A stretch of DNA of 62,310 nt, counting the filler, from Choristocarpus tenellus KU-1152 (taxonomy: Eukaryota; Protista; Phaeophyceae): assembly GCA_964200185.2 (NCBI GenBank). It is 10 parts of 10 records of this genome, joined end to end, with 100 filler letters (N's around TTAATTAATTAA, not from the genome) between each part and the next. Parts side by side here need not be neighbours in the genome. Positions count along the whole stretch, not along the records: positions 11,623 to 16,661 come from CAXNAD020012080.1; positions 16,762 to 19,652 come from CAXNAD020023882.1; positions 19,753 to 23,463 come from CAXNAD020018372.1; positions 23,564 to 28,284 come from CAXNAD020013345.1; 6 more parts are not named here. One strand, given 5' to 3'. Shown piece by piece: positions 12,127 to 23,667 of this stretch (within the stretch, counting starts at the first letter, position 1; each line of letters opens with the position of its first letter). The notes beneath the pieces are model-generated. The model searched no databases. It was not told the origin of the DNA and was given only the letters and a program-made list of their open reading frames with translations. The position numbers and the translations under genes were made by a program.

Positions 12127-14373
12127 ATGTCTGTTGCCCCTACCAAAGTCCCAGCCACTGAGGGTGTAAAGACCCTGCGCAACCTCGAATGCATTCGATC
12201 CCGCTGCCGTGCCATACACGATGCCGCCAAGTCTGACAGACTAAACCACTTTCGCGTAAACCCCTCCAAACTGGACACAGTTGCCACATTCGTCCAGAAC
12301 CTCATGGACAAAGACTACCCCAGCTATGAGGATGTACCGTACCACTCCCGCTGGCGTCATTTCGAGGTAGGAGGCTTGGACCGTATAAAGGATCTTCGGG
12401 TGACCTGGGTGTGTGATAAAGTGGAGTATGCACGTCGGATGGTGGATTTGGTCACGACATCTGTCCTCCTGGATGCAGGCGCTGGCGATCGCTGGCATTA
12501 CCAGGAGCCCGGATCGGGCATGGAACTGAGTAGAAGCGAGGGCCTTGGCGTGGCTAGTTTCCACATGTTCGCAGGTGGTGCCTTCTCCAGCGACTCTGCA
12601 TTTCCCCACCAAGCGGATTCAGCTGGACTGAAGCTTCTAGGAGAAGAGGTATTGAGGAAGGCATTCCAAGTTGACGACGAGTTGAACCCCCTTGTTGGGG
12701 GCCAAGGGCGGATTCAGGTGGGTATATAACTCTATGTTCTCGATGTATTTTTAATCCTATTTATTTCCTTCGATTTCACCAACTTTATGGTGGAACTTGT
12801 TTCGCTACTTTCTGCAATAATATGGCGTGTTTCACCACTGGTGGGTAATCTCCACCCGATGGACAAGCTGACTTATTTATTGTCCTCACCTCAATGATAC
12901 TACTCTACCCTGGTCTACTCCAGGTACTGCAACGACTTGGTGCTGCAATTGAGCAGCACCCTGAATTCTTCGAAACAGGTGGAGTCTTCAGACCAGGGAA
13001 CATGGTAGACTACTTGCTCGCCGAAGCTGATGCAACGACTAAGGTGTGCGTTCAGCAGTGACGTTTAGAGGGAGGCAGGAAATGTTTTGCCCTGATCGAA
13101 AGAACCTTAATCGGATATTACACTGACTTAAGATTTCCAGATAGAAAATTCTGCAGTGTGACTGGGTCCATCAAGAGGTAGAACAGCGAAGGGATGACGA
13201 CAAAAGTCACTCGAAGCAGATGGGTAAACAAGCCCAATTTTTGTACCTAAAATATGTTAATGGCATGGGATTGGGAGCACAGTGGTAGCTTCTACTGCAT
13301 CTGAGAAACGTATATCCTTCTTTTATGCTTCTTGAAGGTACCTCACCATGCAGAACTATGTGTGGTACTCACTCGTCTATGACTGAAGAGGTATGACGCA
13401 TTGTGGACCGATGCTCACCCTGCTAACTTGAAAGTCACAATTATAGAATGTGGGTCGCACATAGTCTAGACTAGACCTCACCACGGATCTGATGTTGTGG
13501 ATCTTGTAAGATAGCAGTGTCAAACAATTTGGCAGTTGGGACTTGGTTTAATTCTAGAGTAGCGCAATGGTCCCACTCAGGTTTCAGAGGGGAACACCTT
13601 GGCAATCAACCTTCTGCAGGATGACAGGGAGGAAGCTATCGATTTTAGAACACCCTATCTCCAACTTCCAGGAAAGCAATGCTGTTGACCACATCCTCCA
13701 AGCGAATCTTGGGGCTATGGTGAAAGGTGTTTGATGCCCTTATTGGCTCTGGTGACAGCAATGAAACGGAGTGCACGCATGGAGGTTTCTTCTTTTTTTT
13801 TTCACATTTTTGGAGTGCGACCCATAGTTTTTTTTTTACCTCATCTTTTAATTTTCGAGTTACGGATCTGTTGTGTTCTGTAGGATCATTGTTGATCGCA
13901 CTACTGCAGATGAGATAGCTTAAGATACCCAGTATGTTTTTTATTTTATTTTTTATTTTTTTTATCATTTTTGTTTAGATTTGAACCGTTTGTCTCCCCC
14001 AAAAGGTGGCACGCATGCAGGAGTATTGTGAACTTCTGGTTGAAGAGTAATAAAAGGTACCGTACCTCGAAACGAACACACTCCAAGAAAACATGTTCTC
14101 ATGCATCTCTCCAACCTACCCCCCCCCCTCCCCTTCGTTGCTGGCAAATATGCTTGATGTGAGAAGGAAGTATCGATAACCAAGGTGTGGGAGGTGGTCA
14201 TGTATGGGTACGAAGCTATGTGGCCAGCAGGAAGGACAACGCTCGATGGCAGAGGCATGGGGGACGTCTGGATGCACTCTGCCCTGCCCGATGATGGGAG
14301 CGGCTGGGGTCAGCTGGTGCCTTTCCATAAGCTATCTCAGTGGATGACCTACTCTCTTATGGAGCCTCTTCAG
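12127..14373 (+). CDS. URC4: DUF1688 / uracil catabolism protein 4 (URC4)-like protein, 3' end missing
   Basis: Exons 12127-12717, 12924-13043 and ~14167(or 14185)-14373, all phase 0. Family motifs: PYHSRWRHFEVGG, SVLLDAGAG..W, SRSEGLGVASFHMF..GAFSSD, RPGNMVDYL, GDVWMH, LVPFHKLSQWMTYSLMEP. Confidence 0.92.
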
Positions 14374-14821
14374 GTAATGGACGGATACTCTCTTATGGGG
14401 AGAGTGTGTGGTTACGTTAGTAGTTTGTTAAGTTGTCCTTGACGATCTGTTGTCCCACGCAACCAGTTATGCTATTGTTTATTTGCTTGTATCACAGTTG
14501 AGAAGAGAGTGAGACACCATCACTAGATGGGACTCACCAAACCTTACAGTGAGTGACTCAGAATACCAAATGACTCAACAGTTCTTTAGTACACGCCAGA
14601 TACACTCTGACTCTAACATTCCGGAAATTGGTTCTGGTCAAATACCCTAACCCTGAATATCCTTAATGTCCTGCATCATCGTCTGTGCGTACATAAAATA
14701 TGACTTTGAATCTTATTCTCACAAATAATGGTCAACCATGATGTTGGCATAGTTTTGTCTTCAAGGTCGATGTTAGTTTTAGGGTTAGGATTGTTGGGTT
14801 TTGATGTGTACTTAATGAGCC

Positions 14822-14870
14822 GGTTAGGGCTAGGGTTAGGGTTAGGGTTAGGGTTAGGGTTAGGGTTAGG
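14822..14870 (+). repeat. Interstitial telomere-like (TTAGGG)n, about 8 units; shorter runs at 517-567, 21896-21913, 22128-22147, 22399-22415, 22762-22778, 23451-23463, 53003-53029, 54811-54827
   Basis: TTAGGG/CCCTAA tandem runs internal to contigs. Confidence 0.85.
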
Positions 14871-16446
14871 TTGGTTTTTCGAGAGGTTCAAGGTAGTCCT
14901 GTTGGCTGGTCCGAGACCAAAGAACCAAACACTCTGCGATGTCAAGGGAGTCTTATTGAAGAACTGGGTTGAGGGAGAGTTTTGCATGTGAGGTTAGGGT
15001 GCTCTCTCTGGAGGAAGATAAATTCAACACGGTGAAAAATCAAATGTACAGTTGGTTTTATTTTTTGGTCTCCTGAAGAAGTTTATGGCATCTAGATCCA
15101 ACATGAACCGAATAAGAGTCCTTTTTTTGGGGGGGGGGGGGGGTGGGGGGTTTCAGTTACGAGTGGGACAAGGAGCTCTTTAGGAACAATGAGGTCTCCT
15201 TCTCTTGGCAACATTAAGTATCGGGGGTATGCATGAGGTGTGCTGAGTGAAGTATCTCCTCACAGCGCCTTGTACAACAACTCAGTGCCCTGTGCGCTTT
15301 AGCTTTGTGCGTTGCACAGGACATATTGTTCCTCTGATTGAGTGCACCGATCTGTTTTTGAGCTTATCTCCTAAGTTTTTGTGATGGCAACAAACGCCTC
15401 TCGAGGAAATACAAACGTATAATAGATGTGGTTGATCTGTGAGAGCGAGTTTTTTATAACTTTTTTCATTTATTATTTTATTATTATTATTATTATTATT
15501 CTTTTTGAGGAAGTAGGCGTAAAGAAACATGTTGGTGGGGGGGGGGGGGGGGGGGGGGGGAAAAGAAAACTCAANNNNNNNNNNAAAAAAAAAAAAAAAG
15601 TAAGAAAGGTGAATGTGGGCGGGGGGGGGGGGGGGGTTCGAATACATCTGATCCGAATATGGTCTCGGTTGTACTTGAATCGTTACATGGGAATAATAGC
15701 AGACTGTGGATGTTGGCTTGGTTTGGAGATGCACCTCTCCGCTTCACAAGCAAGGTTTCCTTGGTGAGAGGCACCGTGCGCAATTCCGAGGATGGGTAGA
15801 TGGGCGGGATGCTGAAGGATGTATCAGCGTTCTTTAAAAATAAATAAATTAATTGACTATTTCCTTCTCACTCTCAGGTTCTGTCGGGGTGGGAGGCGAG
15901 ACTGCTAGCACTGTCTCTTTGTGACTCTCTCTTGATTGATGGTGCACATGCTGTTGTGTTCATCTACAAACGTCCCCGGCTTGTTCACTTGTGTTCCGGA
16001 AGTTTGTGAGAACTGCGATTGGTTCCGTTTTTTGTTGTTGTTGTAGAGGGCGAATAAAACGCAGTGGGAGATGCGGGTCATCGCCTGTCGAGAGGAAGTC
16101 AAGGGCGTGAAGATGTGCGGAAGGCTCTTGCTCACGCACTGATTGATATGTTTGTACATATTAATTCTCTGGGCTATATATGGCTGTATATGTGCGGGGC
16201 ATTGTTTCAAAAGCAGTTTGCACTGTTGTGTAGTGGGGAGGAGGTTACAATAAGAGTCGGTGTTGTTTTGTTCTTTATTTGTTTCTTTTGTGTGTGTGTG
16301 TGTGTGTGTGTTTGAGTGAGTGAAATGGGCAAATTTAGAGTTCAAAAAATGTGATGTGATGTGATGTGATGTGATGTTATGTGTGGCTTGCATCAATATA
16401 CTGCTGTGGGGTAGTTTTTTTTTGTGTTCTGAATCCCTTCCTCTTT

Positions 16447-16477
<31 letters not shown>

Positions 16478-16761
16478 GAAGTCTATGTGTGCAACATTCA
16501 ACACCAACAGGATCAACACTCACATCCATCTGCTTCCTTCCATACAACTGTTACACGCTGGTAAGGTGTTTGTTTCCCTTAGCAAACTCTCCCCTTCTCT
16601 CAGCTTCCCTTCACCCCCGCCTTCCCCCCCCCCCCCCCCACCCCACCACCCCCCACCCCCCNNNNNNNNNNNNNNNNNNNNNNNNNNNNNNNNNNNNNNN
16701 NNNNNTTAATTAATTAANNNNNNNNNNNNNNNNNNNNNNNNNNNNNNNNNNNNNNNNNNNN

Positions 16762-16904
16762 GGTGTCCATTTGGATCAAAACCAGGAAGAGTGCATTTAC
16801 ATCATACATCCGACGTATGCAACCAAATCACCCAAAAATCACGACAAAAAAAATTAGACCTCAAATGGACAGCCGCTACCCCCCCCCCCCAGATACTTCG
16901 AGCC
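16762..16904 (-). mobile_element. MITE family A copy truncated by the contig start
   Basis: Reverse complement of 40906-41085/55000-55179; ends poly-C-AGATACTTCGAGCC. Confidence 0.85.
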
Positions 16905-16953
16905 CTTGGGTATTGCTATTTATCAGTAGTGAAGACAAGAAGATGTGGAGCCT

Positions 16954-17212
16954 GACCCGAAATATCTTAGAGGGTAGAGCCGGGTCCATTTGGGGGCCAA
17001 AATCCAATGTTGCGATTTCAATGTAATTTTGACAATCGTATTTGTTAGGAAGTGTCAATATCCTTGTTCTGGGCACACCTTTTCATAATGTGCACATTTT
17101 AGGAACTCCGAAATCTTTTGGAGTAGGTAAAATATCATACACACCTCGAGGGAAGCCAAGCCGCAAATGGACAAACAGGGCAAAACTCGTACCCTCTGAG
17201 ATACTTTCACTC
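16954..17212 (-). mobile_element. MITE family C copy (reverse orientation)
   Basis: ATCTTAGAGGGTAGAGC ... CGTACCCTCTGAGATACTTTCACTC; flanks CCT/ACT. Confidence 0.85.
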
Positions 17213-17587
17213 ACTGTTTAAGGAGGACTTGTTATCTTTTCTACGAGTATTTAACAAGTCACCACAGTGAAGAAAGGTGATAGCAAACAAAAAACGTATA
17301 GTGCCCAATAGTGGGATCATCAGTTCAAGGCAATAAAAGGGGCGGGGGGGGGAATTCAGGGCACTATAGTGCGGTTAATCAGATACAATGATGTGGCATG
17401 AATATCTACAATAGCCCCAAGTTAAAAACAAAGGAGTGGAAATGGATGTGTTTAGATTGAGAGGGAGATATATCAACAGTACTACTACATTGTCCCCCCC
17501 CAAAAGAGGGATAATCATTTGGGGAGATGTGGAATTATTTAGATGAACCCCTGAACCATCTCAGACTAATGCACCGTCACAAGGCCG

Positions 17588-17717
17588 TCCAGAGTACGGG
17601 CTTCGTGTTTTTGTCATTTTTTTATTTTCTTGAAGAAAGACCTGTCATATTGGGGTTCGAACCCAGGATTATAGGTCACCAAGATGGGAACAGATGCACT
17701 ATTACTTGATTAAAGTA
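17588..17717 (-). mobile_element. tRNA-like short repeat (putative SINE head), copy 1
   Basis: Clearly homologous to 27968-28103. Has a B-box GGTTCGAACCC and a degenerate A-box-like TAGTGCATCTGTT on the minus strand, followed by an A-rich stretch. Confidence 0.55.
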
Positions 17718-17745
17718 TAGGGTGTAGGCGGGAAAAAGCCTCCCT

Positions 17746-19579
17746 ACCCTTTCGTGCTGTGTATTCGCGCACCCACTCTTTGACCTCGGCAAGGGTTTCC
17801 TCGTCGAGGCCCAGAACGAAACGCCTCTCGTAGCGCCCTTTGTCCAACACCTTGATGTGACCCTTAGTTAGGACTTCCGAAGTCTCTCTCTCATTTACTC
17901 ACAGTTTCCGACCTGACCATTGCATATCCTGCTGCCATCTCAAGCGCCGTTTGACAGTCTTTCCTGTCGTTCATACACAAGTGAGTGCAGAATTTACAGT
18001 GTTAGTCTTTACAATTTCATTTCCTCGTTGAGCATGGAAATGGGCGTCGTCCGTGTTTCCTGGGCTGGTGAGATATTTTATTACAAGACGCAAGGGTGAG
18101 GGAGGACAAGCTTGAGTTGATCGAAAATTGTGTTGATTTCTTGAATGAATGCAGGCGGGGAGAGAGCCTTAAATCAACTTTATACGTCCAACCCCAAGTC
18201 CAGGAATGAAACTAAATGTACGGCATCTTGGAAGAAGTGAGAGACACCAAACCATCGGTGTTCAAATAGCCTTAATCTCACCTCCTCTTCTTCCCTGGTG
18301 TCCTTGTCGATGGCTACCTCCACCTGCTTCGTGACCTCTTCTAAGTAAAGGATTGGGTGGTACCGAAAAGTCTCCATAGCAGCCTTTGTTACGATGGCTT
18401 TATCCTCCCCTTGCGATCCCTTTTGACCTTTTTTCGGGCTTGAAATCCCTTGTAGCCCAACCCTAACACCTTCTTCTCATTTCCTTAAGCCACTCCGGCT
18501 GGCATAACTTCCAAACAGCCAGGGCCTGCTGCAACTGTCGACTACTAAGATATTCTACACTCAGTTTTTCGCTTAGGCGTTTCCTGAGCGCAATGGCATG
18601 CAGTCGCACTGCTCTCTTCCCCAATCTTCCCTTCGGGCGGCCACCTCAGTTCTCCCTTTGCCCGCTGTGACCAGGCTTCCCCACAGACTTTGTCGCTGTA
18701 CCTACTGGTGATGGACTCACCGCTCTCTTCCTGCTTTCCCAAGGTAGCAGAGACTGCAGAGCAGTGCTCCAACATTGTTGAAGATTCAACCACGTTTGTG
18801 TGGTGATACTTTCATTGCATCTTCTCTCAGCGTCAGTGTCGCAGCCGGGTGATCCTTTTCCCGATTTGATCATGCTGCTACGCCACACTACTCGCACTTT
18901 CTCGTCACCTAAGATTGCACTGAGTATCACACGTTACTTACTTTTCTGTCGCCTCTCGACAGAGAAGGTGCCGAGGGTAGATCCAGAGGGCAGAGTGGCC
19001 TCGAGAGCTCTCCTTGTCTCATGTCGTGGTTTATGTTGCTGTGTGGGTCACGTGTGTGTTTATGGTCACAGAAAGTCTGCAAAAGGCGTTAAAAAGATGC
19101 CCCCAAATCTTGTTTTGTTTTTCGGTATCGCCATACCGTCCAAACTTGTGCAACGACTTAACCTCAATCAGTGTTTTCAAGGTCGTTCAGCCAATCACTT
19201 CATTTTTGTCCCTTTTGAAGTCGTAAACTTCAAAATTGCGCCGGAGTTATTCCCCCACTTTTTTCCATTACTTAATCGGGACATAGTTCCCGTTCCCCGA
19301 AGCGTGGACATTCGTGGATACAAATCTTCAAAAGCTCTTGCCATAAGCTTTTATCTGGTATATATATTGTTGTACAGTACCTACACCTATTTTATACCAA
19401 ATATTATAAACCACACCCATTTTTGTACCGCTTTTGTCGACATACTAAAAATAATAGGCTTTTGTACCGGAATTCTCGTATTCGGGCGATTTGGTACAGA
19501 ATCGGGGATATATTCACGCGAGTCTGGCTCGCGCGTAAAAAGTTCTCGCGAAGAGTGCCTTTCTTCCTGAGTCATGACC
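17746..19579 (-). mobile_element. Degenerate DNA-transposon relic (N-terminal HTH-like part of a transposase plus upstream non-coding arm)
   Basis: Minus strand ~17950-17746 reads TALEMAAGYAMVRSETVSK*ERDF(frameshift)LTKGHIKVLDKGRYERRFVLGLDEETLAEVKEWVREYTARKG. This resembles, from memory, the AA..VG..EKTVR.WRKDF...G.F....GKYER....DE......EWVR....KG N-terminus of eukaryotic IS630/Tc1-related transposases. The upstream boundary is a guess. Confidence 0.45.
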
Positions 19580-21186
19580 ACCCAGAAGTTCAGTACGTTG
19601 CTGGTAGGGGAAGAAAGTGGAAGCCATACCTGTGCCGCGGGAAACCTCTGCANNNNNNNNNNNNNNNNNNNNNNNNNNNNNNNNNNNNNNNNNNNNTTAA
19701 TTAATTAANNNNNNNNNNNNNNNNNNNNNNNNNNNNNNNNNNNNNNNNNNNNTTTGGGGGGGGTGGGGTTTCCCGCGGTGTCCTTCCCCCTCCCCCCCCC
19801 CCCCCCCCCCCCCCCCAGATACTTTGACTCTCCACTAACTATGTGCAGATCACTTTCATGTACTCCCACTGTTTAGAAGAAAATATGTTCAACCATGAAA
19901 TAGGCAGTGAGGTATGCCATACCCTGGACTAAGAGAGGAGGAGTGCAATGATGGGACACACTTAACACACATTGCCATCTGTTCAGATTTTGGTGCCAAA
20001 AACCCTCCACTAGGCTGAATGATGTACGATCTACCTCCTTCCCAAACTCCCCCCGGAATGCAATTCCCTTTGCCTCCAAGGACACATCCATCCACACCCA
20101 CTGCTCCCTGCCTATCCTCTTCCTTCCTGAGTATACTCTAGTAGAGGCACCCAGTGCTGTTGTCGGTCCCGTAACAAGGCACCTGATTACGGGACTTCTG
20201 TCAACCCAATACCCGCTCACACGATGGCCAAATAATGATCTTCCCATTCCACCAACTTACATCCTCCTACACAAGGAGGCGTGCTTTTGCAGTCAACAAC
20301 ATAGCCATTTGCATCTTTGATTTTCTTGTGGTGTGATGGAAATGCCTCAAAAGACCTTGCCAAAGTCCTTGCACAGCCTAAAGTTGTCCTAACTCTCTAT
20401 CTGCCTGGATGTGGGGGGGGGGGGGAATCCCCTTCGCCTCTCCCATTTCTCCCATTGTGTCAAATTTGGTGCCTGTGGCAGTCAATCTCAAAAAAGAAAG
20501 TTGAAGTTCTGGAGTCAAGCAACCACGCTCCTCAGCAACAACGCAACCAAACACCATTGACCAGTGCACAATACTATGGTTTCAGGTCTGATTTTCATCC
20601 CCCCCCCCCCATTCCCAACATGGTGTTCTACATATAGTGATACCTTTATGGAGAACAACAAACACTCAGAGGTTAATCTTGGGCAATGTTTGATAGCTGA
20701 CAGTTTCAACTCTAAAACATGTCTACCGCCAAAATGACTACACTCATACCAATGTGCGAGCCGCACGCACGAAAAGCCAGTACAATATTCTACACAAACA
20801 GAGGGACTGCGTACTAGAGAACTTACTCTTTTTTTAAAATATATATTTCCCACACATAAATCCAGAAACTTGCATGTTTTGCGATCGTTAGTTAAATGCA
20901 ACAACAAAAAAATTACGCCAACATCAACGCCTTGCCTATCTTTTACCAACCCCCGATATTGATGTCCATTATGAACATAATAATAAACTAGTAAATAATA
21001 CAAAAACGTGGTGAATTGTATCTATTAAAATTTTCTTTTGATGTAAAAACACTGAGCCAACACGGATAGGAACAAATTTATTGAGGAACAGTTGACATCA
21101 AAATCAACTACTCCTTTCTCAAGTGTAGGTACACTGCCTCCTGTACTGGTCCTGGAATATGCATGTTTTGCTTCATTCACTGCGGG

Positions 21187-21346
21187 TACATTTCAGTTCT
21201 AGTGTAGTAAATTTCAGTCCTAGTGTAGTACATTTCAGTCCTAGTGTAGTAAATTTCAGTCCTAGTGTAGTAAATTTCAGTCCTAGTGTAGTAAATTTCA
21301 GTCCTAGTGTAGTACATTTCAGTCCTACTGCAGTACATTTCAGTCC
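21187..21346. repeat. 21-bp minisatellite (TAMATTTCAGTCCTAGTGTAG), about 7.5 copies
   Basis: Head-to-tail units differing almost only at one A/C position. Confidence 0.95.
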
Positions 21347-21496
21347 ATTAGACTTAATTTGTCTTGATACAACCTTTTTACGATTCACTCTGTTATAAAC
21401 ACTTCACAAAAGAGAGGAAAAGAAACAACGCCGTAGCAGGCACCTCAAAATATTCCAATCAATCTTCCAATCAAGACAGCCTGCAGCATACATCAC

Positions 21497-23075
21497 CTTG
21501 AGGACACTCAACCCACTAAATCGCTCTCCAGCCTCCGACGTAAAGCGACCTGCATCATCCACAGGGCTTAGAAGAGGCAGTCCATACTTTCTCCCCGTGA
21601 GGTAATCCTCTTGCCCATGCCCTGGTGCAGTGTGGACAAGCCCTGTTCCCGCCTCCGTGGTGATATAATCCCCCCCAATAACAACCTCGGAAATTCGGTC
21701 ACACAGTGGGTGTTGGTACCTGTTGAATAGTTATTAAAAAACAACCATTGTCAAGGTTGGGGGTACACTTCTGGTACAGGAATGGTATAGGAATGGCACA
21801 GTGAAGGTACAGGAATGGTACAGTATCTGCAACAAGACTACTCAGGTCTCTGTCGTCTATGGGGACTACATGTATAACTAATGAGTGAAAGTATGTTAGG
21901 GTTAGGGTTAGGGTACAAGTTTTACCCTACTTGTTCGTTTGGGGCTTGACTTCCCACGGGTTTTTTTTTTTGTGACATTTTACATACTCCGAAAAACATT
22001 TCGGGGTAGGTAAAATGTATACATGAAAAGGTGTGGCTGGAAAAAGGTTTTAACACTTCCTAACAAACACACGATAGCCAAAATTACATCAACATCGCAA
22101 CAATGGATTTCGGTCCCCAAACGGACCTTAGGGTTAGGGTTAGGGTTACCCTCTAACATACTTCGACTCTAATGTTTGGGGTTGGAGAGGTACTCGGACC
22201 TCCATTCATGGCATACATCCAATATGTAACGCTAGACTGCTTGGGAGTAGCAAAATGTAAGTTAATTGAGAGCTGACAAAAGGAGAAACACAGAGGTCAG
22301 AGGACGTATAATAAACAATTAATTAAAATGGAGATAGATCAGGGTAGTTATGCAAGTAGAAAACCACCTATTAATAACTAGCAATGTCTGGTCAGGCCTA
22401 GGGTTAGGGTTAGGGTTTTTAAAAAATCTAAAAAAAAAAATTAGAGTGAAAAAAATGTTCGAAAAAGGGCAAGGAGCAAGTAGGCATTGAATACGACCAT
22501 GGAGTAGGCCCTAGATCAAATCCCACATTGAAGGGATACAAGGTAGGTTGTGATAGTCAAACTCAGTGGGATTACCACCATACAGTTTGCATTGCCAGTC
22601 CTCGAAGAGACTCTTGGAGGTATACCCCGAATTGAACACTTGTAGCCTGAAGATATTTGGGGCACCCATGACTACTAGAGGTATACCTCTAACTGAACAC
22701 AATATTTGCTAACAAGAGAAGATACAGTACACATTTATCCTCTCAAAAAAAAAAAGATCAAACCCCTAACCCTAACCCCTGAAAAAGGTCTGCAATTGAC
22801 TACCATAGTCCTTTCAGTACAATAGAAAATTCTAATACTAATATTAACAGCATTGTAAACAAAACACAAACCTAACCCTAAGCTAGTCAACAATACCGGT
22901 GATTCTATGTTAACACTGTTCCAACACTACTAGGGTTAGGGTGGGAATGAAGACTCACTTCGTGCCAGCAATATCTTTCCCACTGAAATTCCCTAGAATT
23001 TCAAGGGTGTCGCCCTCCTCCAGACCCAGCTTTCCCCCCAGAACATCAACCAACTCCTTGGCTACAACCAGCCTC
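21497..23075 (-). CDS. ileS: Isoleucyl-tRNA synthetase, bacterial/organellar type, two internal exons (editing/CP1 region)
   Basis: Exon 23075-22959 ([16 protein letters not shown]...[10 protein letters not shown]) joins exon 21719-21497 ([74 protein letters not shown]). [16 protein letters not shown] is the IleRS signature, and the phases match. Confidence 0.93.
21883..22169 (+). mobile_element. MITE family C copy carrying (TTAGGG)3 at both subterminal sites, TSD TAAT
   Basis: GAGTGAAAGTATG(TTAGGG)3TAC ... GGACC(TTAGGG)3TTACCCTCTAACATACTTCGACTC, flanked by TAAT/TAAT; lies in the IleRS intron. Confidence 0.85.
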
Positions 23076-23617
23076 CTGCCATGTTAGAAATAAGAAGAGA
23101 GTGCACGCATCGGTCTACACAGAAGCATATTCTCAAAACGATGTCATGATTTTGTTCAATAAGAGGTACTCGAAACATAAACGACAATAAAAAGGTACGC
23201 AAGAGGTGAAAAATACTTTTTTTTTAATGCTACTTTAGAGCACAGGTACTACGACTGAGAGTAACTATACTTCAAAAAGGCCATGTTTCAAAACCTATCA
23301 CAGACTATTACGGTACTTCACAATGAGATGCAGTTTGTAATCAAATAACAACACACCTGTCACCAAAAAAAAAAATTTACACAGCTACACCGGCGTTCGT
23401 ACAAAAAAAAAAAGGTATCACCCTTGGTGATACAGCAACATTAAGTAAGGCTAGGGTTAGGGTNNNNNNNNNNNNNNNNNNNNNNNNNNNNNNNNNNNNN
23501 NNNNNNNTTAATTAATTAANNNNNNNNNNNNNNNNNNNNNNNNNNNNNNNNNNNNNNNNNNNNCAGAAGGAAGAGGAGAGGGTGTGGCCGGGGGAAAAAA
23601 AATGAAATAAAAAAGAA

Positions 23618-23667
<50 letters not shown>

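Noticed and set aside
15575-15584. 10-N gap
   Set aside because: Intra-scaffold assembly gap between homopolymers, not a feature.
922-16713. Low-complexity ORFs (HTHTHT, HYFITSLL, QTDR, NNDS, GLGLGL, poly-P)
   Set aside because: They are translations of micro/minisatellites and homopolymers.
17640-17717. Functional tRNA gene
   Set aside because: A B-box is present but no acceptor/anticodon stems can be folded by eye, and the two copies differ by indels.
18800-19570. 256-aa plus-strand ORF
   Set aside because: Non-ATG start, no recognisable motif or splice structure; it overlaps the presumed non-coding arm of a transposon relic.
23451-23463. True telomere at a contig end
   Set aside because: Only about 2 units, and it lies inside an intron of the IleRS gene, whose upstream exons must continue beyond it.
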